In this document: positions 35,711-48,668 of the stretch, in pieces
Layout of the letters: each line of letters opens with the position of its first letter
Numbering within the stretch: the stretch's first letter is position 1
Source of the DNA: Cetorhinus maximus
Lineage: Eukaryota
Assembly: GCF_964194155.1 (NCBI RefSeq)
Contig: NC_135889.1
Coordinates: 54,746,001-54,810,000, forward strand
Direction of reading: 5' to 3'
Length of the DNA: 64,000 nt
Program-made: the position numbers and the translations under genes
The notes under the pieces: model-generated
Seen by the model: the letters and a program-made list of their open reading frames with translations, nothing else
Databases searched by the model: none
What the model was told of the DNA's origin: nothing

Positions 35711-36172
35711 TTGTTGAAGATTCCACTGATACCTCAGAGCAATAGAGAAGAATGTTGGGCTAAAAGCCTAAGCACCTCTTCCCTGCTACTTCCCCTGCAA
35801 GAGAAGTGTGCAATGCAGCAATGATGCACTTAAAAACTGTATATCAAAGGCAGTGATTATTTAAAGTGTTTGAAATAGTATGGCTCGGAAGAATTTATTG
35901 TTTACATTAATGCCATCCTGAAATATGTACAACCGTGAGGAATGTACTTACATTCACTTTATATTCGCTATTAGGAAACCTCTTCTTTCTTCACATTTGA
36001 TGCAAAGGACCCGGATAACCATATGGGGACTTGCATGTGCTTTTGTCGGAGGTTGGCTTTCAGCCCTAAATACAGATACCCTCCTTTGGTGAACCCACTT
36101 CAGCCCGATCTATATCAAAGGGAAATGTGTTAATGGCCAGCTGCAACTGTTCAGGAGCAGTTTCGTTGCTGG

Positions 36173-37078
36173 TGTCATGAAAGTATAATCATTCTCATAA
36201 TATTATTGTGACTTAGTGTAATAGTAGGTTAATAGTGGGGCTTGAATAGCTCCTGTGTTTGTGACTTAATTACATCTTGTAGCTAAGCAGACTGCAAATT
36301 GAAGTATCAAAAGAAGTGAGGTGTAGAAGTGTCTTTAATATGTTAATGAGTAAACATGGTTGGGGTCTTTGCATGTAAGGTGTAAAGGAAATTTGCATAT
36401 TTAGATAGAAAGGGGGATTTGGTTTTCAGAGGGATCTCAGTCTGTTAACAATAGCCAGACAAGCAAGCTAAGGAATGTGTTTATTTTTCTCAAGGACTAC
36501 TGAAAATATATAGTGGCAACATGAAAGATTTATATTATGAGAAAGTTTAAGTTCCAAGGACATATGGACAATGGAACTTACACAGTAAAGGGAGAACCAT
36601 GTATAAAGGAAAATGATGCTATGTGTCAGGAGGAAGGCTTTGTAAGATCTAACAGAAGTTTGAGAAGCCTTCAGTATTTGTGCATTAAGCCTGCTGACTA
36701 CAGAAACCAAAGCTGGGAAAAGCCACTTTGAATCCCACTGTCCAAAGTATTGTGTTTAGCTTGCTGGAATCTTTTAAAATCCATTTTTTGTTTACTGTTG
36801 TTTTAAGGGGGGTGTAACTGGAAGCCAGATTAATTTGGGGTTTTAGAAGTTATTATAGTAATAACTTGGAGACCTATTTATGTGCTTGAAATCTTCTTTT
36901 GTTGATATATGTTTAATACAGTTTTTTTTTAAACTCTGAAGTCAGTAGACTTATTACTTCTGAATTCAGGGCATGCATCTCGAAATAAATACAAATTGCA
37001 AAACTGTTGTGATAGCGTGATCAGGTATCCCTCATGGATTTGATCTGCCTGGGACACACCATCTGTCGCGTCATAACA
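36173..37078 (+). mobile_element. Solo LTR, family A
   Basis: TGTCATGA...TCATAACA inverted termini, AATAAA near the 3' end, collinear with the other family A LTRs. Confidence 0.85.
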
Positions 37079-37881
37079 TTGGATTTACCAGTCCTCAGTT
37101 AAGCCAAGCTCCTTGAACAAGATTTTCCCATGTGAGATATTGCAAAATAAATTGGACAAGGAACAGCCTCTCTGCACTAAATTCTCAGGCAAGAATGTGC
37201 ATTGTGCCAGATCAACCCATTTTTCCTTTATTGGTAAATCAGGTTACAGTATAACCACAAAGGGTTAATTTTTACATGAAACTTATATTATTGCTCAATG
37301 TGCTGTCGGACAAATGATGGGTCCTAATTTGTCTGTTTTTTGTCCTTTAACAAAATACTCTGCTTATGACTATTTTGAAAAAAAGATGACATCATATATT
37401 TTTCTGGTTCAAATTACATACAATTCCATTTTTTGTTGCCTGATATGTTTTGGTATTTCTAGGTTGTTAGATCAAACCTAACCTTTGACCTGTGACTAAT
37501 GCCATTTGCTCATCACAGACCAGAAAACCTAGTTTGATGTATAATTGTCTAGCGATTGGGACTTATTTTTTTTTATTGGTGGGGATGGGTGGGAGAAATA
37601 AACTTTGCTGCATACAGGGAATAATATTTATTCAGTTTTAAAATTAAAGGTGATAATATTGGAACTAAATTAGAAAATACTGAAAAAATATCAGCATTGT
37701 TGAAGGGACCAGCTAAATTAATGTTTCAGGCATAACCTTACATCAAAAGTTCACATATCGTCATTATGCTGTTTCATACTTTTGTACACAAAACTTTGTT
37801 TGTACACTCTGTTATAATCCTGTTAGGAACCTTTGTTTAAGGAAGAAGCCCAAACACTCAGCAATTAACTGATAGAACTAT

Positions 37882-39275
37882 GGGACAAGATTTCTCTTTT
37901 TTAAACAAGAACAAACTATATGTGCCAAAAAAATTAAACAAAGTGGTGGGAGTGGCCAGGCGTGATTGGATTGGGAGTCAGGTCAGAGGTTGCCGGGCCT
38001 TGGAAGGGGTGGGGTGGAGGATGTCCGGCTGGGTTTGTGCGGGGGCAGGGTGTCTGGTCAGGCCTGGGTGCTGCTGGGGAGGGGAGCAGTCAGGCCTTGG
38101 GTTGGGTCTGGTCAGGCCTTTGGGGGTGGGGATGAGGGGGCATGAGGAGGAAGAGTCCCATGTGTTGGGGATAGGCAGGAAGTGGGGGAAAACCTTGGGG
38201 GGTGGGGGGGGGGTGGGTTTGGAGGGTGGGGGAAGTCCTGTTGGGGTTTTGGTCTGGGCATGTGCAATAGTTATCTGAAGTTAGGAGAGATTTTAATTCT
38301 CTGTTGACCATGTTTAAATAGGGTGTTGTAGGCTGCACTCCCTTTTCAGTTATTTCAAGAACCTTTTATTGATGTTTTGTTTGCACTTCTGTTCCGTGCT
38401 CCTGATCTACGGACACCTGGTGCGGAGAGGGGCCAGGAGGGAGGAGGACCTCCTTGTGAACCTGCTCCTGGGCTTGGCCAAGTTGACCATTAACAGGTCC
38501 AGGCAGCGGGCGATCGAGGGGGTCGTCTGACCTGACTGTCTGCCCCTCTTCTGTGGCTACGTTCGCGGCCAGGTGTCCCTGGAGAGAGAGCACGCGGTGT
38601 CTGCCGGCACCGTCGAGGCCTTCCATGCCCGGTGGGCACCGCAGGGACTGGGGTGCTTTATTGACCCCTTTAATCACATTTTGATTTGATGTTTGTAAGT
38701 TTCCTTTAAATTTTCTCTTTGGTTTTGCAGTTCCCTAACGTAGGGGCTGTGTTTATTTTGTCCCTCATTTTGTTAATTTAGTTTAATTGTTTGACTCCAA
38801 AAGAGTTAATTGTTCTAACTTCTCCTTGGTAACTACTGATGTAACCCAGTTAGAGCCATCTGAAGTTTGCGATTTAAATTGCATTTTCGGATAGTTCTCA
38901 GTGCAGGGTAATTGCCCAGGGGAAGTTTGCACTTCTGGGCAATTGTCATCCAAACCTTACCTGTGAAGTTCCGAGAGGGCACCCCCTCCCTGTATACTTG
39001 GTGTACCGCCTTCTGCACGTGTGGGATATGGGGTACACCTCCCACATCTTTGGGGTGCCCCCTTTACATTTTTGGGTACCCCCTTCGCATCTGTGGGGTA
39101 CCCCCTCTAGTCTCTTCTACTCCCCTTGCACCTTTGGCATACCCACCCCCTGCATCTTTGTGGTACCTGCCCCCCCTCCCCCCACATCTTTAGGATATTC
39201 ACCCCCTCCCCCCTCGCCCCCAATTTTTGGGGCATCTCTCCAATCTGACACTGGGGAGCTTGGAAGTTATGCACC
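37882..39275. mobile_element. Probable non-autonomous DNA element (G-rich left arm, C-rich right arm, internal hairpins)
   Basis: Weak TIR similarity (GGGACAAGATTTC vs GGTGCATAACTTC) and internal palindromes such as ATTGCCCAG-GGAAGT..ACTTC-TGGGCAAT at 38911-38943. Confidence 0.35.
38300..38805 (+). mobile_element. Tx1-clade (L1 group) LINE 3' fragment
   Basis: With one frameshift and one stop it reads LLMFCLHFCSVLLIYGHLVRRG..EDLLVNLLLGLAKLTINRSRQRAIEGVV*PDCLPLFCGYVRGQVSLEREHAVSAGTVEAFHARWAP, typical of the Tx1 ORF2 C-terminus. T-rich 3' UTR ending AAAAGAG. Confidence 0.8.
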
Positions 39276-41639
39276 AATACTATAGTTTATAAAGACTTAT
39301 ACTATAAACTCAGTTCTACTTTTTCCCTTTACCCCCACCCACCCCAAGAATTCCCTTATCTTTGGAAATCTTGAAGGTTGATTCACTTCTCCTGGAACCA
39401 ATCCAAACATATGCACAGCTGTCTCGAATTTACTTTAATTGTCCTTCGTATTGCTGCTATTCCTTAAGGTACAAATTTCATGGGGATCCTTCCATTAGCT
39501 TTCGGCTAAGCGATATTCCAATTTTCTTCAAAAAGACATCATGACTGTGGACTCCTCATTTCAAACTAGGCTTCACTGGCTTCTTGCTTAGGGGTTTAAA
39601 CATCAGGAACACCTCTTGGTTCCTAATGGCCCTTTCTGTTTCCATAACTTTTGTACAGCTGATGGTCCCACAGCTGATTCCAAGCTCCTGGCTTTTTTCC
39701 TGCCTGCTCCAAGCTGACTGTCTGCTGACTACTTTTTGCTATAAGGCTCTAGATTTCTTCCATGGGCTGCAAGCTAAAACAAAGCTTCTAGCTGCTTTTC
39801 CCTCACGAAATTGAAACTGAACTGTCTGCTTCTGTCAAGAAACACACAGATAAATTAAATAACTGAACCTTCTAACCAGGGTTCAATCCTGAATCACTAT
39901 CTCTATGGCAACATGACATGCCTTGGGATGTCCTCAAACAAGCGTAAATTAATTATTTTACCTTCAACACATTTCTTTGATTCTGTAATCCATATGAATA
40001 ATTCATATTTCTAAAGGATGTAATTGACCTCTCTCCGGACTCCCTGGCTCTGCTGCAAGCTTAAAGATGGGTCATTCGCTGTTCAAGTTTATTAGCATCA
40101 ACTCTGACGTTGCAAGATAAATATAAGTTAGCTTTTTGTAAGTTTTGGGGGTTTTAAGATATAACACCCTTTTAATTAAAATATCTAGGTTCCAAATTCT
40201 TAATTTATAACAATGGGGTCCTTAGTTGTGCCTGACTTAACAATGAACAAGTGGCCATTGTCTATGAATCAAGTATAATTTATTAAGCAAGATGTTATGT
40301 ATACTGAACAAAAAGCAGTGAAGACACTGTGCAAGTTTTTTATCCCTCAAGGCAGGGATCCCTTGAATGCTCGCAGCATAGCCCAAGTCTGTCTTTTATT
40401 TCTGAAGTGACGTTGAACTAAATCACAGAAGAATTACACCACAGATGCAATGGTGCAACTGTGCCGAGGAAGCCTCTGAGTTTTCAACTTTTATCTGTAA
40501 TTCTGACATTCCTCGTCCATTCTTAAGAAATAATCCAAATTAATATTTTTTCATTGGCTAAGGGTGGGGATTATCTGGTGTCACCCCACCTCTGTAACTA
40601 GAGTTGTGTAGGCTGAGACAATGTCCCATCTCTTACTTCCTGGGCCCCAGGAGGTTGCATTACATTGGGAACGAATGACACGTGGTCTTTAGATACAAAT
40701 TTCAATTGTACAAATGATGCTGTATCCTTTTGTCAATAATATAAACTATTGTAGACAATTCACCATAAATGTGCCAACCTATTCCCATGGATATTAAGGT
40801 AATTAGCAAGAGATGTTAGTAGTAATTCCTAGCAAGATATCTTCATGAAATATAGGTGCTCTTATGCTATGGATTATGGTTAACAGAACAAGGTATTAAC
40901 AAACCTAAATCCAATCCAAAGACATGGTTCTTGCTTAGCAAATGTCAAGATAAAGAAGCCATGTTGAGTTCAAACTGTTGACCAAAACTTGCTTATCTCT
41001 TTAAGGCTTTAAGTTTCCTAGACATTTCAACACCTTTAAGGTCGTTAGGTTATCAGGAAGCACAGTAATTCTCATGGGCACACCTGCTTTCCTGTTCTCA
41101 GTGTTTCTTGTTTTAACTGTTTAATTGTCTCACTGGCAGAAATTTAAACTGAACTATTTAAAAGTTGTCAAGATAAAATCCATAAGTATTAGTTCAAACC
41201 AATATAGAACCTCCAAAATTAGTATTGCCAAAATATTACATTTTATTTGTAATTAACTCCCAGCTTGTTTGAATTGCATTTACTTGAGACTTGCTTATTA
41301 ATTTCCCAATCAGATGCCCCCATTTTTCTGCAGTTAAACCTTAATTCCTAAAACTAGAAGTTATATTCAAAAACATATGAATAATGAGCTAGATATTTGT
41401 AACAACTCAAACCTCAAGATTGCTTAAACCTTGCTCAATTCTGTTAGTAATTTCCAGTCACTTGGATGAAGATGGGCATGGAGCAGAGAATGAGACTAAG
41501 AAAATAGTCTTTTGAGGTTTAAATTGTTTTGAGGTTTTTATTCCAAATATTCGATTATCTCATGAGGTTCTGGAGTTTGAAGAACTAGTCTGCAAAGGAG
41601 AATGGATGTTATAAATAAAGTCCTAGTATGCTCAGTGAA

Positions 41640-41980
41640 CGTTCCAGTGCTTCAGCTTCTAATCAGGACTGATCCTGTATTGTGCTGAGGAAATGCAGCA
41701 TTGTTGGAGCTAAGTGTATTCGATGAGTTGCAAAACAATGACCTTGTCTGTCTGCCAAGGTGATATAAAAGACCCCTTAGCACTATTTGAAGAAGAGGAG
41801 AATTTTCCCACTGTGCTTCTTTAACTAATATTATAAAAAATAAAAAATAAAAACATCCTCTTTAATGTTAACAGAACTGTGTTGTGCACAATTGCCTGCA
41901 TAATAACTGACTGGACTTAAGAAATAATTTATTCCGACCATGTGATAAGGTGCTGTATAAATGCTGGTACATGTTCTTTT
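41640..41980 (+). mobile_element. Deu-domain SINE
   Basis: GTGCTGAGGAAATGCAGCATTGTTGGAG, AAAAGACCCCTTAGCACTATTTGAAGAAGAG, and tail GGTGCTGTATAAATGC. Confidence 0.7.
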
Positions 41981-42699
41981 TCTCTGAATTTTCAATTACT
42001 TCGCCAGCTACAGTACATGCAGATGAAAATGCTTGGTTGATTTTTTTTCCTCTGAAAATGAAAAGCTGCCCACCATGCCTTTTTGCTGCCATTTGGAAAA
42101 TAATTCAGAATTTTTTTCCTGGCTTTTTGATCTTAACCCACCTGTGACCTCTTATAACAGATTTTAAATTGGCAATTAGAGGCAATTAATTAAGACGTTG
42201 GCTTATTTGAATTTTATGTTCTGAAATCAAAAAAAAAAATTGCTGACATTTCATGAGGAAGGCAAATGACAAATTAGAGAAATGGTGAGATGGGCAAGCA
42301 TATTTAGTGGACTACGTGGATTTTGAAAGCAATGAAGACACAATTCCATTTTAATAGAGAGAGGCTTTTACTAAGGCAGTTAAAATAGCTACAATATAGA
42401 AACCTCCAAACCATGACTTTCTCAGCAAAATCTGGGATATACCTGGTAGTAACTTAGAGACAAATTTTCAAATTAACTACTTACATGGCAATCTTTTGGC
42501 GAGGATAACTCACTGGTTGAATTTATCCTATTTTCATCCTATTGAAATGAATAGGATGAAATATCAGGAGGGTTCTACAATGTGTGCCAGACGACTGCAC
42601 AGGCAATGGTGGAAATTACTTGCTTATGTTTTGAAGTTAAGTTGGATGAGAGAGAAATGCTAGAAAGGACACTAACTTCTTGCACCCCCCACCCCCACT

Positions 42700-42925
42700 C
42701 TCAACTTTTAGATAGTGCTATGCTATCGTTGATGTCCACCTGAACCACTAGAACAGGCAGATGGGTCTCACTTTAACTTCTGATCCATTGGGTGCACCTC
42801 TCCCTACATCACTCCCTTGCATCACTTGCGTCTCAGTCTAAATTATGTATCAGTTCACAGAGTGGGATTTGAATCCACATCCTTTGAAATCAGGGGAAAC
42901 ATGGCTGCCAACTAAACCAAACTGC
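42700..42925 (-). mobile_element. Deu-domain SINE 5' part with tRNA head
   Basis: Minus-strand B box GGATTCAAATCCCAC and Deu-like GTTAAAGTGAG...CAGGTGGACATCAA..CATAGCACTAT. Confidence 0.6.
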
Positions 42926-43094
42926 TTCAAAATATTCAAATATAACTTAGATACAATGTACATCTCCCCAATGTAATTGCTCCCTTTTATGATGAAGCCA
43001 GCAGTCCTAAACTTCAAAAATGCATTTTATGCAATACGTTTATTTTGCAGAGTCATTTTTAACAGTAATTTTCTAAATTGCAACTTTTTGATTA

Positions 43095-43642
43095 TTTAGA
43101 ATCATAGAATAATGGAATTGGTACAGCTTAGAAGAAGGCCATTCAGCTGTCATGTCCACACCAGCTCTTTGCGATAGCAACCCAGCTCACCCCACTCCCA
43201 GTCTTTCCCATAATCCTGCAATTATTTTCTCTTCAGATAAGTATCCAGTTCTCTTTTGGAATAATTGCACCCACAATTGAATCTGCCACTACTGCACAGA
43301 ATTCAGGCAGTGAATTCCAGATCCTTACCACTCGCTGCTTAATAGTTTTTCTTCATGTCACCCCTGGTTCTTTTACCATTTGCCTTAAATTGGTATCCTC
43401 TGGTTTGCAGCCCTTCCACCAATGGGAACAGTTTCACCCTATCTGTTCTGTCCAGATCCCTCGTGATTTTAAACACCTCTATCAAATCCTCTCAACTTTC
43501 TTTCCTCGAAGGGGAACAGCCCCAGCTTTGCCATTCTACCCATGTAAATGAATCGTCTCATCCCCAGAAGTAGTCTCATAAATCTTTTCTGCAACCCCTC
43601 CATTGTATTCACATCCTTCCTAAAGTCCAGAATTGGACACAA
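43095..43642 (-). mobile_element. CR1 LINE 3' fragment
   Basis: CR1 tail (AGAATCATAGAAT...AGGCCATTCAGC) and ORF2 C-terminal nucleotide motifs ending CAGAATTGGACACAAT. Confidence 0.85.
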
Positions 43643-43799
43643 TGGGCAGAATTTTTGGGCCTCACTGAGGTCAGGAGTAGTAAATGGAATTTAGATCTTA
43701 TTGCATTAATTATTAATCTGACCCTATCTAATACTTTACTATTTCTTACTCTAGTGCTATCTGTCTCTTCCAATCTTTTGTGCACCTTGTTTTCCTTTC

Positions 43800-44640
43800 T
43801 AATTTTACATCCTGGTTCCCAACCCCCTTGTCAAGTTAGTTTAAATACTCCCCTGTACCACTCTCAAACCACCTAGCAGAGGCATCGATCCTGGCCCTGT
43901 TGAAATGCAAACCACCTGCCTATACAGCCTGCATTCTGCAAAAGAACCATTACCTGTCTCGTCCTCCTTGCCTGCATGTCAGTCATCCATCCCCCCTCTC
44001 CCTTAGGTATATCCTTAAGCTCTTTTGGGTGACCATATCCAGAAACATATTATCCGTATTATCTCATCCTCGCAGATGCACTGCAGCTTTGAAGCCCAGA
44101 GCTAGACCTCCTCCAGCTGATTCCTGCAAATGTGTTTGTCCAGGAGATGAAAAGTGCCCTGAAGTTCTTACATGGAGCAGGATGTGCCTTTCAAAGGACT
44201 GAAGATCTCTGCCATGCTCCTATTTATTAGACTTACTAACCTTAACACAAATAAACTAAAGACTCAAAAACTCACCAGTCAGCACCCACCCTTGCGCTTA
44301 CAGTACTTTTACTTTTTTTTAACCTAGCCCCCTGACTGTCTCTGGACTGTCTCTCTCTGCTTCTCTGAGCTCCTTTGACTACATGCTCTTTACCCCAGGA
44401 CTCTCCAAACAAGCAAACACCTATCTGCTGTCCTGTGACAATTTTTATTTGTTGATTTGTTCCCACAGTGCTCTCTCCCTCCCTCTGACCACTGCTGACG
44501 TCCCACCAGCAATTCTTTTCTGTTGGTCTCTGGCAATGTTTCCCTCCGGGTTTTCTCTCTGGCTCCCCGCCACTGCTTTTATTTATGGGCTGCCGGAACA
44601 GTTTTTGCCTCAGGCTCACTCTCCCTGTCTCAGTGAATGT
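43800..44640 (-). mobile_element. CR1 5' region remnant (5' UTR and deleted ORF1)
   Basis: CCCCTTGTCAAGTTAGTTTAAA...CTGGCCCTGTTGAAATGCAAACC resembles the end of the CR1 ORF1 esterase (GLHFN motif on minus). Confidence 0.5.
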
Positions 44641-46892
44641 GCGTTACGTGTGATTAGCAAATGTCAAAGTAAATACATGATGCTGGTGATTAGAAAACTG
44701 CTGCGTATTTCATGTTTCACTTGCAGTTATTGACTTTTATGATTTAACCATTTTCAAATCTTTAATTAATGGGAATAAATACAAAACACCACCCATGGGA
44801 TAAACTTCAGCTACCATCTCTGATTTGATTATTTTATGACTATCTTTCAATGTTATTGGCATCACTAATCAAGTGCTAAATAACATTGAGATTTATGATT
44901 GGTTTGATCTGTTTTTCTTGCATCATTATCCTTGTGGTTTATTCGGAACAAGCCTCGATTTGAAAGTGTTCAACTAAAACAGTAAGTAGGCTGGAGACTT
45001 TTAAGGCTGTTTACATTGTACTGCATTTTTAACAGAGAATTAGAATAATAAGAACTATATAAATAATTCATTCTATATGTTTTCGGAGTTTATATTTGTT
45101 TTAATACCATTTCCCCCATAATCTTCTCAAATGGGAGGATTATGTCTTTTAAAGTAATTAATTGAAATCTATTAATCAGTTTTGTGTAGCTTAGTTTATA
45201 TAATTTTATTGTTTGATAATTTTATTTTATTTCCATTAACAATAAGCTTGGTTAAAATTATTACAGCATTAGCAATGCCAGAAAAATTGCTCCTGCAGTC
45301 GCTGGGCTATTATCTTGCTTGAAGCGGCTGTGTGGTTTAAAAGCATGAAATTAGTTTTATGTGGAGCACATGGTTTCTCATTTAAAAGTTCTTGTAAGGT
45401 AATGGTCAATTTATGGTTCACTGACAGAATTGCTGCATTTTGCTGGACTTGAATACCTTGTGCTAAGGTGTCCTTTCAAGATAAAAACTTAATTACACCC
45501 TAGAGAGGGGACTGCATCACTGACTAAAGCTGTTGAGGGGAGCATTGAATTAATTGTACGAGGATTCATCATTTTCCAAAGAATCATTCTTTTCATTTGC
45601 ACGTGTATGGAATTGTCTTGTGGGTTATGATTAGTGGAGTATTTTACATATTTTTTTCATGTTGACATGGAGAAATATGGGGATATTTACTGTACTTTTT
45701 AATGTTAATTGTTGGTTTATGTACATAATTAGTAGAACAGTAGCGCTTTGAATTTATGAACTTCATAATCAAGAAATCAGTTGTGCATCTGGGGGAATAT
45801 GCAGAAGAAATTAGTGTAATGTTTGAAGAAATGCCAGAATACATTCTGAGATTTCTGAGATTCCTTTGTGACAAGTTGGACAAATAAACTTATTGCATTG
45901 GATTCTATTCAAATTCAATAGCCAACAAATAACAGGAAGGTCAGCTTAATTAGATCTAGGTACCTAAGATGATTCTCCTTTAGCAAAGTGTGAATTGATT
46001 CTCAAGTTAATGTAAAAATGAAAATGCTGTAACCAAATTAATTCCAGCATACACATCTAGAAATTTAGCTTGCATATTCATGTTATTCAACAGTATTCAT
46101 GTTCTTGTTTCTCAGTTGTTCATGTTATATTCTAATGAGTTGGAAATTCAAGGAGTGTAATGTGAAGATGGATCAAAATTTCCCTCTGTAAATAAAGCCT
46201 TAGATGTGGCAAAGTAATAGCAATTCTGTTATTAACAGCTTGGCTGCAAAAATGAACAAAGCTGTTTCTAACATGTATGTGTACATATAGATTATTTCAG
46301 CTTTCATAGTTTACATCATTCTCGTGGGCAGCTCCCAATTCCCTGATATATGAGAGTCTTTGACTTTACCAAAGTTTACCTAGATCTAAAGTCAATGTGC
46401 ATGGTGAATAAGAGTTGTCTAGTGATTGCATTTAGCTACCTCTACTAATAGGCTATGGAACTGACATCAGAAGTTGTATTAGATTTAAGAAATAATAACA
46501 TTTATTTATAAAAGGCATGCCGGCATATAAGTGACCAGCAGCTTAATATAGTTACATATTCATAATTGGTATCTTTCTACTAACTCCTCAAATGGAACAA
46601 AATAATACATAAATGATGGGCAGAATTTTACGTTGGTTGGGCGGACTCGGCGAGAGCGGGCGGGGGCGGTTGGGAATCCAACCGCTGCCCGCGATTGGCT
46701 CTGCACTGCCATTTTACCCGGATGGGCCAATTAAGGCCTGCCCAGCGTAATACACGACTCTGCCATCAGCGAGAAGGGGCAGGCAGAGGCGGGAGCTCAA
46801 TGTCTGCCAGGCCCAATGACGACCCAGTGGCCGATTCAAAAGCAGCCGTGGCAGCCGTGCGAAGGCTGCCAATAACTCGGAGTACTATAGTC

Positions 46893-48358
46893 ATGGAGAA
46901 CCTCAGTGCTGAACACGGCAGGCAGGAGGGCAGGTCAGTGGAGCAGTCGGCCCCACGTTTTTCTGATGAGTGTCTCGCTGCCCTCCTGGAGGAGGTGCCA
47001 ACACGCTGGAATATGCTTGCCCCCAGGGACGGGAGGAGGAGGGCTCCCCACCATCACCTCACCGAACATGCCTGGGAGGAGGTGGCATCCAGGGTGAGCT
47101 CCCATGATGTGGTGAGGCGCACATGGGTGCAGTGCCATAAGCACTTCAATGATATCCTGCGATCAGGAAGGGTGAGTACCGTGTTGGCATGGGTCACTTA
47201 GCACAGCATTTAGGAGCGGTCCCCCCCACACCCCCCTGGACCTCAGAGTTCTTAGAGTGTGAGTAGCAAATGTCAATGAGGCAGCATCTGGGCAAGTGGG
47301 TTGAGTGAGCCCTGGCTGCTTGGAATGAATGTCTTGCTGCTCCACGGTCACGAATCGGCTGAGCCCTGCGAGGTTTTCCTCAGGTGGGGTTGGCCAGGCT
47401 GCAATGGCAATGCAGGTACAGGGTGGACTAATCAATGCTCCTCTCTCCTTTCAGGAGAAGACATCCCACAACAATGCTGAAAGGTTGCAGACTGGCGGAG
47501 GGCCGCCCCACCTTCTAATCTTGACCAGATACGAGTAGGAGGCACTGGAGCTGGAGAGGCGCCAAGCACCTAGGTCAACCGGCCGCGGTGAGGTTTGGGT
47601 GCCACAGGGAGATAAGAGTGCAGTGCGCTGAGGTCAGAATGCCTGTCATAGCAACCATTCCACTGTTGTCTCTATATTGATGTGAGCCTCGAACATGGAG
47701 CCCCTATTGATAATGGGAAAACAAGGACACCCTGATCCGGATGCCAGGCATGCACAGTAACAGTGTGATGACTTCCACTAATGACATGTCCTTGTTCTTC
47801 CTTTCAGGCTCACCAGAAGCCCGTCAGGGTCAGGAGCCTGAAGGCCCTCTGCTCACTGCAGAGGACATAGAGGATATAAATGCAGGAGCTGAATCAGGGC
47901 TTCCTGGGGATGCGCTCGGACCTGTAACCCTCACAGCGGCAATGATCTCAAGTGGCCCCTGTCTGTGTGGGAGATGGATTGGGCACCCAGTATCCCAGCT
48001 AGTTGCCAATCCATCCATGGTCAGCAGGGAGGTCCAAAGCAGCCTGACGGCGCACAAGCTGCTTGCTGTCTCTTCGGGCTCCTCTTAGGGCGTTCTGGAT
48101 GACAGCTGCAGCTCCTCTGCCCCTCTGCCAGTGACCGTGGCATCCAATGAAGCTGCGGTGACTGGGGAGATGCCAGCTGTGGCATGGGCCACTCCCTCCC
48201 AGGAGGGACCAGCATAGGCTCCACGGGCAAGAGGACGCCCGCCAAGGTCATCAAGGCCAACAGGACAGCAGAGTGAGCAGGCTGCCCCCAATGCCGGTGC
48301 CAGTGAGGGGGGAGCACCTAGACGTAGCACCCGCAAGTGAAAACTTAAAGCACCTTAA
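46893..48358 (+). pseudogene. Harbinger Myb/SANT-like DNA-binding protein, 3 exons (46893-47171, 47455-~47610, 47808-~48358)
   Basis: APRFSDECLAALLEEV...AWEEVASRVSSHDVVRRTWVQCHKHFNDILRSGR|GTGAGT. Acceptors TTTCAG at 47454 and 47807, each with an upstream CTAAT branch motif. Exon 2 EKTSHNNAERLQTGGGPP. In-frame stops. Confidence 0.85.
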
Positions 48359-48668
48359 GCAAAACACGGGCTTATCACTGGTGATAGTTTTTTTCCCCAC
48401 TTTTACGTTAATTATGATGGCGAACACCTTTGAATTTAATTTGTTTTATGTATGCCAGGCACCAATGTGCTTGTGTTCAACAAGCCTCTGGGTGCTTCAT
48501 TAGTTCTGTAGGTGAAGGGTAACCCATGATGTTATGAGTGACTTGTTTGTCATTGAGCTTTATTGAAATGGAACATAGTGCATGTTGTTCACCAAGCAAA
48601 TGTTCCTGTCAGGTATCCAGTATGGAGCCTGCAGGCCTGGCATGTGGTGGTGGTTCATCTTTGGTAGG

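Larger units (their letters stand above)
37810..41404 (-). mobile_element. Composite LTR-like region with nested insertions
   Basis: TGTTATAA at 37810 and TTGTAACA at 41404, both flanked by ACTC (possible 4-bp TSD). A further ...TTATAACA end at 40212. CTATGGCAAC motif resembles the 9728-11986 LTR. Internal structure unresolved. Confidence 0.45.

Noticed and set aside
42532-42561. Perfect 12-bp hairpin TTTCATCCTATT-GAAATG-AATAGGATGAAA as a terminator or miRNA
   Set aside because: Too short for a pre-miRNA, eukaryotic context, and probably a remnant of an old palindromic repeat.
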